A stretch of DNA of 58,576 nucleotides from Nanobdellota archaeon. GTDB taxonomy: Archaea; Nanobdellota; Nanobdellia; Pacearchaeales; GW2011-AR1. The translations under genes and the position numbers were made by a program. How positions within the stretch are numbered: the stretch's first letter is position 1; each line of letters begins with the position of its first letter. The DNA lies in the NCBI GenBank assembly GCA_030647965.1, contig JAUSIT010000038.1, positions 1 through 58,576 on the forward strand. Direction: 5' to 3'. This document shows, one piece after another, positions 41,719-50,924 of this stretch. Below the pieces are notes generated by a model. The model searched no databases. It was not told where the DNA came from and saw nothing but the letters and a program-made list of their open reading frames with translations.

Positions 41719-44025
41719 ATGAAACATATTAAAAATTATTTTATATTTTTTACAGTGTTAGTGTTTTCTTTATTATTTGTTATTGCAGAAGATGTTTCTA
41801 CAACAACTACTGATTTAGGAAATAGTGTAACTTCTTCAGTTGATAATTCTCAGGTAGTTCAATCAGATGAAACTAATTTAGCAACTTCAACAACACAATC
41901 AGAAACAGATAGTGCAACTTCAACAACAGAGTTTAATGTTGATGCTGGATTAACTCCTGATAGTCCGTTTTATTTTATTGATAATCTTGCTGAACAAGTT
42001 ACAGTTGGTAATAATCCTGAGAAAGCATTAGATGCTCAAGAAGAGAAAATTGCAGAAGCACAGATTATGGTTGAAGAAGGTCGAACTGAAGAAGCTAAAC
42101 AAGTTTTAGACAAAGCATTACAATATGGAGATATTGTTGAAAAAGAAGCTTCTCCTGAAATGAAACAAAGAATTCAAGAAAGTTCTCAACAAGTTCAAGA
42201 TGTTTTAATTGAAATGAAAAAAGATACAACTGATGAAAAATGGAAAGATGTTAATGATGGATTTGATGAAAATATTGCAAAAGAAAAAACAATGCAAAAA
42301 GCTTCTGAAATTGCATCAAAAATAAAAGAGCTTTGTAATACTCTTGCTACACTTGACCCTATACAATATGCTGATTCATGCGGTTCAAAAACAAATTCTC
42401 CTAAATGGATGAAAGAACAAGATAAGATCTTGACTAAAGAACAAGAACAACAAGCAACAATTTTCTTTGATAAATTATCTCAGTGTTTTGAAACTCCTGA
42501 CAAATGTGATTGTAATGGGATGGGTGTTCAGAGTTTTCAAGATTTTTGCATTGAAAAAAGTTCTTTAGCAGTAAAATGTAAACAAGGTGACAAAGATTCT
42601 TGTACTAATTTTAAGTCAGGGTCAGATCCTACAGAATTACTTCCTGATTATTTAATTCCTATATTTAAAAAAGTTGAATCTAAATATATGAAGGCCGAAT
42701 TTGATACGTATATGCCAGAAGAGTGTTTAAAAGCAGGAGCAAAAACTGCTGAAGAATGTAATAAAGTTATGTTTCAACTTAATGCACCTAAAGAATGTTT
42801 AGAAGCAGGTTATACTGGGAAATCAAAAGAAGATAAAATTAATTGTAATCAATTAATGTTTAAACAAAATGCTCCTAAAGAATGTCTTGATGCTGGAATA
42901 ACTTCTGAAGATCCAGATGCTCCTAGAAAATGTGCAAAATTAATGTTTACAACAAATGCTCCTCAAAAATGCCTTGATGCTGGTTTGACAGGAGAAAATA
43001 GTAAAGATGATAAAAAATGCAGAGAATTAATGCAGGGACAAGAACAGCAAGGGCAACAAGGACAACAATCTTTAATGCCTAAATTTAATAGAGATTGCAA
43101 AGCTATATCTGATACAACTGAAAAAATGAAATGTTATGAAGAATTTTATAATAACGCTCAGGTTCAGGTAAAAGATGAATTTAGGCAAGTAATAGACCAG
43201 AATACTGGGGAGACAATATCTCCTGAAGAAGAAAAATCAAGACAAGAGTGCAAATCCAAAGGAATGGGAACTATTTTAGAATATAAATATGGGAAAAGAA
43301 TAATAATTTGTGTTAATGGAAATGAAGCTGGTTCAAATGGGCAAAGATGTCAATCACAACAAGAAACAGAAAACTTAAAACAAGATTGTAAATCAAGAGG
43401 GCAAGATGCAAAAGTTGAAATTCGTGGTGGATGCCCTTGGGTAATTTGTGTTAGTGGACAGCAAATGCAACAAGCTCAACAAATGCAACAAGCCCAACAA
43501 AATTCACAAGAGCAATTTAATCCTTATGGAAGTTATAATCCTTATATAAAAGAAGATAGATATGGACAAAAATGTCCTGATGGAATTTGCGATGCTGCTG
43601 AAAAAGCAGATGCTTATTTATGCCCTATTGATTGCGGTGGGGCAGGAATGCAACAGCCTCAACAAAATCAACAGCCTCAACAAAATATTCAACAACCTTC
43701 ACAAACACAAAATTGTCAGGAACCTCATCCTGATTGTCCTGGAGCATTTCCTTATTGCCAGAATGGAAATTGGATATGCCCCTCTTCACAGACTCAACAA
43801 AATCAACAACCAATACAACAACCTCAAATTGTAACACCTCCACAAACAGATACAACAACTCAACCAGCAACAAATTCTCCTGCAACAACAGAGCAAACTC
43901 AACAACAACCAGCAACTCAAGAGCCTGCACCCACAACTAGTTCAACAACATCTGGGGGAAGTGGTGGAGGAGAAGTAGCACCTATTACTGGTGCAGTTAT
44001 TTTTTGGAATTATTATTATAATTAA
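41719..44025 (+). CDS. Large secreted Cys-rich / Gln-rich surface protein with tandem repeats
   Basis: Signal peptide; DUF5667-like LTPDSPFYFIDNLAEQV; four roughly 31-aa repeats NAP(K/Q)(E/K)CL(E/D)AG..C..LMF; a poly-Q/T/P stalk; short C-terminal hydrophobic tail. Confidence 0.6.
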   Translation: MKHIKNYFIFFTVLVFSLLFVIAEDVSTTTTDLGNSVTSSVDNSQVVQSDETNLATSTTQSETDSATSTTEFNVDAGLTPDSPFYFIDNLAEQVTVGNNPEKALDAQEEKIAEAQIMVEEGRTEEAKQVLDKALQYGDIVEKEASPEMKQRIQESSQQVQDVLIEMKKDTTDEKWKDVNDGFDENIAKEKTMQKASEIASKIKELCNTLATLDPIQYADSCGSKTNSPKWMKEQDKILTKEQEQQATIFFDKLSQCFETPDKCDCNGMGVQSFQDFCIEKSSLAVKCKQGDKDSCTNFKSGSDPTELLPDYLIPIFKKVESKYMKAEFDTYMPEECLKAGAKTAEECNKVMFQLNAPKECLEAGYTGKSKEDKINCNQLMFKQNAPKECLDAGITSEDPDAPRKCAKLMFTTNAPQKCLDAGLTGENSKDDKKCRELMQGQEQQGQQGQQSLMPKFNRDCKAISDTTEKMKCYEEFYNNAQVQVKDEFRQVIDQNTGETISPEEEKSRQECKSKGMGTILEYKYGKRIIICVNGNEAGSNGQRCQSQQETENLKQDCKSRGQDAKVEIRGGCPWVICVSGQQMQQAQQMQQAQQNSQEQFNPYGSYNPYIKEDRYGQKCPDGICDAAEKADAYLCPIDCGGAGMQQPQQNQQPQQNIQQPSQTQNCQEPHPDCPGAFPYCQNGNWICPSSQTQQNQQPIQQPQIVTPPQTDTTTQPATNSPATTEQTQQQPATQEPAPTTSSTTSGGSGGGEVAPITGAVIFWNYYYN

Positions 44026-44114
44026 GAATTAATTGGGAATTATTTTATATATTTTAATTAGCATTTTAAATGAATATTAAATATATTTATAAATTAAGAT
44101 TGTCTTTTTATATA

Positions 44115-44774
44115 ATGGAATTAGTATCTGTAAATAATATTTCTAAAACATTATCTCATAAAAAAATTTTAGAAAATACTTCTTTTTTACTAAATTCTGG
44201 GGAGATAGTTGGAATTATTGGGTCTTCTGGTTCTGGAAAATCTGTTTTTTTAAAAATTTTAATAGGTTTTTTCAAAGCAGATTCTGGAAAGGTTTTTATT
44301 GATTCTTCCTTGAAAAATTCAATTGGTTTTTCTTTTCAGGAAAATTCTATTTATGAAAATTTAACTATTAGGCAAAATTTAAATTATTTTTCAAAGATAT
44401 ATAACTTAACTTCTAAAGAAATGAAAGAACAAATCCCTTTTTTGATTGAAAGTCTTGATTTGTCTGAATGGCAAAATGTTCTTGTTAAAAAGCTTTCTGG
44501 GGGAACTAAAAAGAGAGTGGATATAGCTTGTGCATTGCTGAAAAATCCAAAATTAGTGATATTTGATGAACCTTTATTGGGGCTTGATCCTGAGAGAATT
44601 TCTAAATTTTTAAAATTAATTATAGATATAAATAAAAAATATAATACTAGCATAATAATAACTTCCCATATGGTCAAAGAAATTTTTCCTATTTGCTCAA
44701 AATTTTTTTTAGTAAAAGATAAAAAAATTTACTTATTAGATAAATCTAAATTAATTGCAAAACCTCCAAAATGA
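44115..44774 (+). CDS. ABC transporter ATP-binding protein
   Basis: Walker A GSSGSGKS, signature LSGGTKKR, Walker B VIFDEP. The ORF track offers an earlier ATG at 44070, but MELVSVNNISK is the more typical start. Confidence 0.85.
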   Translation: MELVSVNNISKTLSHKKILENTSFLLNSGEIVGIIGSSGSGKSVFLKILIGFFKADSGKVFIDSSLKNSIGFSFQENSIYENLTIRQNLNYFSKIYNLTSKEMKEQIPFLIESLDLSEWQNVLVKKLSGGTKKRVDIACALLKNPKLVIFDEPLLGLDPERISKFLKLIIDINKKYNTSIIITSHMVKEIFPICSKFFLVKDKKIYLLDKSKLIAKPPK

Positions 44775-46372
44775 ATTTTAAAATATTTACTATAATCCAA
44801 AAAAATTTTCTTATAATTTTCAATTCTAAACTATCTTCAATTATGCTTATTTTAGGCCCTATTTTACTGATACTTTTATCATATCCTCTTTTACAAAATA
44901 CTTCTATTAAAAATGTAAATGCAGGAATTTATTCTAGCGTAGATGAAGATTTTACAAAAAATTTTATTGATAAACTTCATCAAAATTCTTTTATAGTAGA
45001 ACGAAAGTATTCGTTAGAATCCTGTAAGCAGGATGTTATAGATTCTGATAAAGATGTTTGTATAGAACTTCAAAGAGAGGCAGGAGGCAATAATCTTAAT
45101 AAGGTTTTTAATAATAATCTTGGATATAGGATAATTCTTTATGTTGATTATTCAAATCAGAGAGTAGTATGGCAAATTATAGCAAGTATACAATCTATTG
45201 TAACTAAAGAATCTGATAATATTAAAAATGATATTATTGTAAATATTCATGATAATCTTAATGAGGTTATTCAATTTTCTGATAGTAATAGTAAATATGT
45301 AGATAATTCGATTATTATTATAGATAACATAAATACTGACTTAAATGATTTAGATAGTGATTTGGGTTCTATAAAAGATGATGCTCATAAGGCTAAATAT
45401 TCTATTATAGAATTAAATAATGACTTGGCAGTGCTATTGCCTTATGCGGCTTCTATAAATAATTCTTTTATGTATGATAAACTTAAAAAAATAAATGATA
45501 GTGCTTCACAAGCAGCTAATTATTCAAATAAAGTTGAAGAAAAAGTAAATTTAATAAATTCTAAAAGTAATATTCCTAATTCAATTAATGGCTTAAATAA
45601 TTTAAAGACTGCTCTTCTAGCTGTAAGAAGTTCTTATGATACTAAACAAAGAGAATTAGAGGATTTAAATAAAATTGATTTAAATAAACTTACAGAACCA
45701 TTGCCATTATCTTATCAATCGGTAATTGATGGAGGAAATTATGCTACACACACTAATCTTAATTTTTTAGATTATTTTTTCCCTACTTTTTTAATAATTT
45801 ATCTGCTTTTTGTATCAATTATATTTTCATCGGTTTTAACTATTAGAGAAAGAATTTCTGGGGCATATTTAAGAAATATAACAAGTGAAGTTTCAAATAT
45901 TAAGTTTATAGTTGGAAATTTTATTACTTTTTTCTTATTTGTCTTATTTCAAATCTTTTTAGTGATTTATATTAGTCATTTCTTTTTGAATATAAATATT
46001 CTTTCAAATCTTTTTCCTTTGTTGATCATGGTTTCTTTTTCAATAACTATTTTTGTTTTAATAGGTATGATTATAGGTTATTATTTTAATTCTCAAGAAT
46101 CTGTTACATTTTCTTCAATTTTTATTTCTATTTTATTATTAATATTTTCTTCTTTAATTACCCCTAAAGAATTTCTTCCCCAATTTTTTTCAAATTTAGT
46201 GTCTTTTATTCCAACAACCTTTTTTGAAACTAAATTTATTTCTTTAATAGTATTTGGCTCTTCATTAAAAATTGGAATTTATGATATTTTATTTTTAGTA
46301 GGTAGTATTTTTGTATTATCCGTATTACTTTTCTTTGCTTATAAAAAATCTAAGTATTTTGAGATGAAGTAG
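44771..46372 (+). CDS. ABC-2 type permease with a large extracytoplasmic domain
   Basis: ATGA overlap with the ATPase gene. One N-terminal TM segment, a roughly 300-aa loop, then five to six C-terminal TM helices. Confidence 0.6.
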   Translation: MNFKIFTIIQKNFLIIFNSKLSSIMLILGPILLILLSYPLLQNTSIKNVNAGIYSSVDEDFTKNFIDKLHQNSFIVERKYSLESCKQDVIDSDKDVCIELQREAGGNNLNKVFNNNLGYRIILYVDYSNQRVVWQIIASIQSIVTKESDNIKNDIIVNIHDNLNEVIQFSDSNSKYVDNSIIIIDNINTDLNDLDSDLGSIKDDAHKAKYSIIELNNDLAVLLPYAASINNSFMYDKLKKINDSASQAANYSNKVEEKVNLINSKSNIPNSINGLNNLKTALLAVRSSYDTKQRELEDLNKIDLNKLTEPLPLSYQSVIDGGNYATHTNLNFLDYFFPTFLIIYLLFVSIIFSSVLTIRERISGAYLRNITSEVSNIKFIVGNFITFFLFVLFQIFLVIYISHFFLNINILSNLFPLLIMVSFSITIFVLIGMIIGYYFNSQESVTFSSIFISILLLIFSSLITPKEFLPQFFSNLVSFIPTTFFETKFISLIVFGSSLKIGIYDILFLVGSIFVLSVLLFFAYKKSKYFEMK

Positions 46373-46694
46373 TTATTTTATCAGCAATTATTTGTAAATC
46401 TCCTTTGTATGTTTCTATCTTTCCATTAATTCGAATAGTTTGATTTTCTTTTAGGTTTAGTATTTTGTTTGTGAAAATAATTATTGAAATATTGGAATTT
46501 TGAGGAGTTATAATTATTGAACTTGATTTGTATTCTATTTTTTGAATTGTTATGTCTGTTGAAATTCTTTCTTCAATATTCTCTTTGGTTATTTTATTAA
46601 TATCTATTTGTTTTGGCTCTAAATTTTGAGCAAGAAATAAAAGGAAGATTATTCCTATTATTGAGATTAAAAAAAGAATTTTGCTTTGTTCCAT
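46350..46694 (-). CDS. Membrane-anchored OB-fold-like protein
   Basis: N-terminal TM segment. C-terminal ..NQTIRINGKIETYKGDLQIIADKI resembles the OB-fold (tRNA_anti-like) pattern. Confidence 0.45.
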   Translation of the reverse strand: MEQSKILFLISIIGIIFLLFLAQNLEPKQIDINKITKENIEERISTDITIQKIEYKSSSIIITPQNSNISIIIFTNKILNLKENQTIRINGKIETYKGDLQIIADKITTSSQNT

Positions 46695-46707
46695 GTTGAA
46701 TAATAAT

Positions 46708-46840
46708 TATTTACTATCTTCTCTAAGAAGATATAATGCACTTCAAAAAGTTTTGCTCTTCTATCCCTCGTTACTTATTGTAAGAGCAAAACTTTTTCGT
46801 GGGAATACTAAGTCGCCTGTCGGCTCCTAACTTTTATTAT
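46708..46840 (+). repeat. EL-B copy 5 (H52 at 46745-46797, upstream position)
   Basis: ..ATAATGCACTTC-[H52]-CGTGGGAATACTAAGTCGCC-TGT-CGGCTCCTAAC. H52 lies between GCACTTC and GTGGGAATA, and the backbone stem closes directly. Confidence 0.7.
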
Positions 46841-46957
46841 CTTGGATTGATATTGCAGTGATAAAACTTTTAACATTATTAATGGATAGTTAATCTTCGC
46901 CAGAAGATTCCATTAATCTTATGATAATATAATAATTTTCCATTTATCTAACCAATC

Positions 46958-47899
46958 TTATTTTGTCTGAAACTCAATTATATCTTTGTCTTTTAATACA
47001 TGACTTAGGCCTACTTCCTGTCCGCCAAACTTAGATGATGGGCCCCAGATTCTAGCTCTTTTGATTTTTTTTGAAAATCCTTTTAGTATTTTTTCTGCAA
47101 CATCTTTTATTGTTGAGTTTTCTTTCATAATCATTGGTTCTTTACTTACTTCTTTTTTTGGCTCTTTTGTGTAAATTCTTATTATTGTAAATGTTTTGAA
47201 TATTTTTTCTTTTAATTCAGCAAGATTTTCATGGTTTATTGAGGAAAATAAGATAAAACTATGTTTTTTTGATTTAAGGGTTTCTGTGATTTTTCTTTTT
47301 TCATTTTCATTAAATAAATCTGTTTTATTAAATAAAATAATTATTTTTGCTCTTGTTTTTTGCAAAAATTGTTCTGATTGTTTTATTTGGTCAAAATTAT
47401 TAATAATTAAAAGAATTGTATCTGTTGTGTTGATTATTCCTCTATCTGTGTTTGGAAAAGGAGGCATATCTACTAATTGAATTTTTAAATCTTCATAATT
47501 CATCATACCTATTTTAGGGATAGTTGTTGAATAAGGATGTTCTGTAACTTGTAATTTTAATCCTGTTAGTAAATTAAAAACAGAAGTTTTTCCTGTATTT
47601 GGGAAACCTAAAATTAGTGCTTGCATTTCTGATTTTTTTATTCCTACTTTTGTTGATTTTGAAGATTTTGAAGTTTTTTCAATTTTTTCAACAAGTTTTT
47701 TATACCTTAGTCTTAAAGCAGCTCTTAGATTCTCACCGCCTTTATGAGCTGGGGCATAAGAAATCATTTTTTCAAGTGCTAAAAGTTTTTCATCTAGTGT
47801 TTTTGTTTGCAGGTATTCTTTTTCAGCATGACCATATTCAGGGCTTGCATTAGTTGTCATATGTTTTTTAAAGGAATTTAACTTAAAAAATCTATGCAC
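46958..47899 (-). CDS. DRG/Obg-family GTPase with a TGS domain
   Basis: G1 GFPNTGKTS, G4 NKTD, C-terminal TGS-like region ..IWGPSSKFGGQEVGLSHVLKDKDIIEF. An alternative start is Met14 at 47860. Confidence 0.75.
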   Translation of the reverse strand: MHRFFKLNSFKKHMTTNASPEYGHAEKEYLQTKTLDEKLLALEKMISYAPAHKGGENLRAALRLRYKKLVEKIEKTSKSSKSTKVGIKKSEMQALILGFPNTGKTSVFNLLTGLKLQVTEHPYSTTIPKIGMMNYEDLKIQLVDMPPFPNTDRGIINTTDTILLIINNFDQIKQSEQFLQKTRAKIIILFNKTDLFNENEKRKITETLKSKKHSFILFSSINHENLAELKEKIFKTFTIIRIYTKEPKKEVSKEPMIMKENSTIKDVAEKILKGFSKKIKRARIWGPSSKFGGQEVGLSHVLKDKDIIEFQTK

Positions 47900-47936
47900 T
47901 TAGGAGTTTTATTTTATAACTTAAATTTTTTAGAAT

Positions 47937-48137
47937 TTAATAAACATCTGAAGAAGTTTGATCTGTATTAGGTTTTTTATCTGTATTGGGTTTTTCGTTT
48001 GGAGAATCATATTTATTATACTTTGCAGTCATTTGTTCTAATACTCCTTTTGTTCTAAAATCTATATCAGACATTTCAGATAATGCATAACGTTCTGCCA
48101 TTCTTGCATGATATAAATAGTTACCTAAATTTGTCAT
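47937..48137 (-). CDS. Hypothetical small protein
   Basis: 66-aa ORF; no motif. Confidence 0.3.
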   Translation of the reverse strand: MTNLGNYLYHARMAERYALSEMSDIDFRTKGVLEQMTAKYNKYDSPNEKPNTDKKPNTDQTSSDVY

Positions 48138-48296
48138 TCTTTTTTTTAGAAATCTTTATTTATAATGTTTTAGATAAACTAATATAGTATTTTACACTCC
48201 TCAAATTATTAATTCAATTAAATCTTAGAATTTTTTATTAAATGTTCTTGTTCTCTTTAACAAATACCTTAAAAACTTGTTATTTCTATTTTTTTT

Positions 48297-48965
48297 ATGA
48301 AACTAGGAGTTTTATTTTCAGGTGGAAAAGATAGTATGTATGCTGCTTATTTGGAAAAGAAAAAAGGCAATGAATTAACTTGCTTAATTTCAATATATTC
48401 TGAAAATAAAGAGAGTTTTATGTTTCATACTCCTTCTATTGAAAAAGTTGAAAAACAAGCAGAGGTTATGGAGATTCCTTTAGTTATTTGGAAAACAAAA
48501 GGAGAAAAAGAAAAAGAGCTTAAAGATTTAGAAGAAGCTATAAAACATGCTAAAGAGAAGTATAAAATAGAAGGGATTGTAACTGGGGCTTTACGAAGTG
48601 TGTATCAAACAGAAAGAATTCAGAAAATCTGTGATAAATTAAAATTAAAATGTATTAATCCTTTATGGCAGAAAGATGAGTTTGAATATTTAGATGAGCT
48701 TTTGAAAAATAAGTTTAAGGTAGTTATTGTTGGAGTTTTTGCTTATCCTCTAAATGAAAAATGGCTTGGAAGAGAGATTGATAAAAAGTTTATTGGAGAT
48801 GTTAGAAAGCTATATGAAAAATATAAAATTCATCCAGCCGGGGAGGGGGGAGAATTCGAGTCATTTGTTTTAGATTGTCCTTTATTTAAAAGGGCTTTGA
48901 AAATAACTGATAAAAAAATATCTGGGGCTGGAAATAGCTGGAAAATTGAGATAGAGGTTGAATAA
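48297..48965 (+). CDS. PP-loop ATPase of the MJ0570 / diphthine-ammonia ligase (Dph6-like) family
   Basis: PP-loop LFSGGKDS and the EGGEFES motif. Confidence 0.75.
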   Translation: MKLGVLFSGGKDSMYAAYLEKKKGNELTCLISIYSENKESFMFHTPSIEKVEKQAEVMEIPLVIWKTKGEKEKELKDLEEAIKHAKEKYKIEGIVTGALRSVYQTERIQKICDKLKLKCINPLWQKDEFEYLDELLKNKFKVVIVGVFAYPLNEKWLGREIDKKFIGDVRKLYEKYKIHPAGEGGEFESFVLDCPLFKRALKITDKKISGAGNSWKIEIEVE

Positions 48966-48988
48966 TCTCTTAATAATTATGTTTTTTA

Positions 48989-49114
48989 ATGTCAGAAATT
49001 AAACTGCATCATTTATGATGTAGACGTAACCTTAGTGCGTTAATTTCTGAGCATCCTAAAAACAAGTGCCAATCAAACCCACACTTTTAAGTGTGGGTGG
49101 CACATTGTTTTTTT
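48989..49114 (+). repeat. HP-A composite repeat (long foot hairpin, second hairpin, T7 run)
   Basis: ATGTCAGAAATTAAACTGCATC...GCGTTAATTTCTGAGCATCCTAAAAACAAGTGCCAATCAAACCCACACTTTTAAGTGTGGGTGGCACATTGTTTTTTT. Confidence 0.7.
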
Positions 49115-49372
49115 GATACAATTAGCTTTTATATTGCTGATTTCATTTGCAGTAGCTTTGGCAAAATTCTTTAAGTCTTTTACATCTTCAGCAGTACTAT
49201 CAAGTTTATGCATTGCCCACCCCGCTAAATATACTACACCAAAAAGAGGGGCATATTCTAATAATAATGGTGTATTAATAACTCCTAGGGTTTTTAATAT
49301 AATCCAGATTAAAATTCCTCCTAAAACAACCCATGCCAATATATCCCAGGCATTTATTCCTCTTTTATTCAT
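49073..49372 (-). CDS. Small membrane protein; C-terminus encoded by repeat sequence
   Basis: Two TM helices. The last roughly 14 codons (KKTMCHPHLKVWV) lie in the second hairpin of the repeat at 49073-49114. Confidence 0.45.
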   Translation of the reverse strand: MNKRGINAWDILAWVVLGGILIWIILKTLGVINTPLLLEYAPLFGVVYLAGWAMHKLDSTAEDVKDLKNFAKATANEISNIKANCIKKTMCHPHLKVWV

Positions 49373-49441
49373 AAAAATATATGTCTTTGAGATTTATATA
49401 TTTTATACTTTCTCTATCTGTTAAATAAATTGACGAACTTT

Positions 49442-49636
49442 ATTTTTACTGATTATTGCACTTCGTTAAAATACTAAGTCGACTTGAAAAAGTTTTACTC
49501 TTCTATCTTGCGTACTCATTGCAAGAGCAAAACTTTTTGCGTCTCCTAATTAGTTATTAATTAATTACTTCTTGATTGTCGCTAGACAATCTTAATATCC
49601 TTTGCTTATTAAAACAAACTATTTCAACATAGTTTT
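49442..49636 (+). repeat. EL-B copy 6 (H52 at 49487-49538)
   Basis: ATTTTTACTGATTATTGCACTTCGTTAAAATACTAAGTCGAC-TTG-[H52]-GCGTCTCCT..TTATTAATTAATT..ATTGTCGCTAGACAAT..TTGCTTATTAAAACAAACTATTTCAACATAGTT. Confidence 0.7.
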
Positions 49637-49709
49637 ATATTGAATTTGATAGTTTACTTAACATTTTTGATGGCTAAATCTTTTTAAATTGCTTTTATCA
49701 TCATATTCT

Positions 49710-50906
49710 ATGAAATTTAACAAAGTTGTATTAAAGAATGGCTTGACAGTATTGCATGAAAAAAGAGATGTGCCTGTTACAACAGTTATGCTTGCAACTA
49801 GATTTGGTTCTGTTTATGAATCTGAAAAAGAAAAAGGAATTGCGCATTTTATTGAGCATTTATGTTTTAAAGGAACTAAGAAAAGAACTACTAATCAAAT
49901 TGCATCAGAACTTGAAAAAGTTGGGGGAAATTTAAATGCATTTACTTCTGAGGAAGAAACTGCCTATCATGTAAAACTTCCTTCAAGATATTTAGAATTA
50001 GCAATGGATGTAATTTCTGATATATTTTTTAATCCTGTTTTTCCTGAAGAAGAAATAAAAAAAGAAGCAAATGTTATTTGTGAGGAAATTAAAATGTATA
50101 AAGATAATCCTCGAGGTCATGTTATGACTGAGATTAAAGCGTGTTTGTATAAAGATGCTTTTGGAATGTCTATTGCAGGAATAGAAAAAAATGTTTTAAG
50201 CATGAATAGAGAGCAATTATTAAATAAACATCAAGAGTTTTATTGTCCTGCAAATTCTATTTTATGTGTTGTTGGAAATAATTATTTTGAAGATGTTGTA
50301 AAATTAGCTGAAAAATACTGTGTTTCTCAAAATATAAATACAAAAAAACATGTGCTAGAAAAAATTGAGTTTCAAAATATTAAAAAAACAGAAAAAAGAG
50401 AGAGTTTGCAACAAGCAAGTATTATTATTGGAATGCATTTTCCAAAAATGAATGATGGGGATAGATATGCTTCTGAAGTTTTTGCAGCAATTTTAGGAGA
50501 GGGTATGTCTTCTAAGCTTTTTACAGAAGTAAGAGAAAAAAGAGGATTAGCTTATGCTGTAAAAACAGAATTAGACATGGGAAAAGAGTATAGTTATATT
50601 ATTATTTATATTGGAACAGATAAAGAAAAAACAAAACCAGTTATTGATTTATGTATTCAAGAGTTTAAAAAAATGAGTGAAATTAGTGAAAAAGAATTAA
50701 TGCAGGGAAAAGAACAAATTATTGGGAATTCAGACGTTGAATCTGAAAGTTCTGATAGTACAACTTTGAATTTAATATTAGAAGAAATTGCAGACAAAGC
50801 TGAAAATCATTATAAATATGAAGAAAATATTAATAAAGTAAACCTAGATGATATTAAAAGATTGGCAAAAGTTTCAGATTTTTCATATTTTATTTTAACT
50901 CCTTAA
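49710..50906 (+). CDS. M16-family (insulinase/pitrilysin-like) zinc peptidase
   Basis: Inverted zinc motif HFIEH (HxxEH) plus a downstream Glu. The ORF track begins at TTG 49689; ATG 49710 (MKFNKV) is more plausible. Confidence 0.8.
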   Translation: MKFNKVVLKNGLTVLHEKRDVPVTTVMLATRFGSVYESEKEKGIAHFIEHLCFKGTKKRTTNQIASELEKVGGNLNAFTSEEETAYHVKLPSRYLELAMDVISDIFFNPVFPEEEIKKEANVICEEIKMYKDNPRGHVMTEIKACLYKDAFGMSIAGIEKNVLSMNREQLLNKHQEFYCPANSILCVVGNNYFEDVVKLAEKYCVSQNINTKKHVLEKIEFQNIKKTEKRESLQQASIIIGMHFPKMNDGDRYASEVFAAILGEGMSSKLFTEVREKRGLAYAVKTELDMGKEYSYIIIYIGTDKEKTKPVIDLCIQEFKKMSEISEKELMQGKEQIIGNSDVESESSDSTTLNLILEEIADKAENHYKYEENINKVNLDDIKRLAKVSDFSYFILTP

Positions 50907-50924
50907 ATTTTTCACACATTAAAA

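Noticed and set aside
43562-43940. ORFs 43562-43834, 43625-43936 and 43734-43940 inside the Q-rich end of the secreted protein gene
   Set aside because: These are frames opened by the CAA/CAG-rich repeat region, and the main frame is continuous and consistent with the rest of the 768-aa protein. The same reasoning applies to the other nested ORFs in the track: 6147-6350, 12046-12240, 15692-15943, 18227-18412, 23290-23478, 27352-27672, 31267-31566, 35337-35537, 38436-38630, 44384-44677, 47196-47480, 47599-47853, 49113-49424, 51945-52166, 53011-53234 and 57406-57621.
16281-49114. HP-A elements as C/D-box sRNAs
   Set aside because: CTGA is present in the foot, but there is no RUGAUGA C box in the right place. 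The one ATGATGTA in 48989-49070 is not conserved in the homologous copy at 16281-16408.
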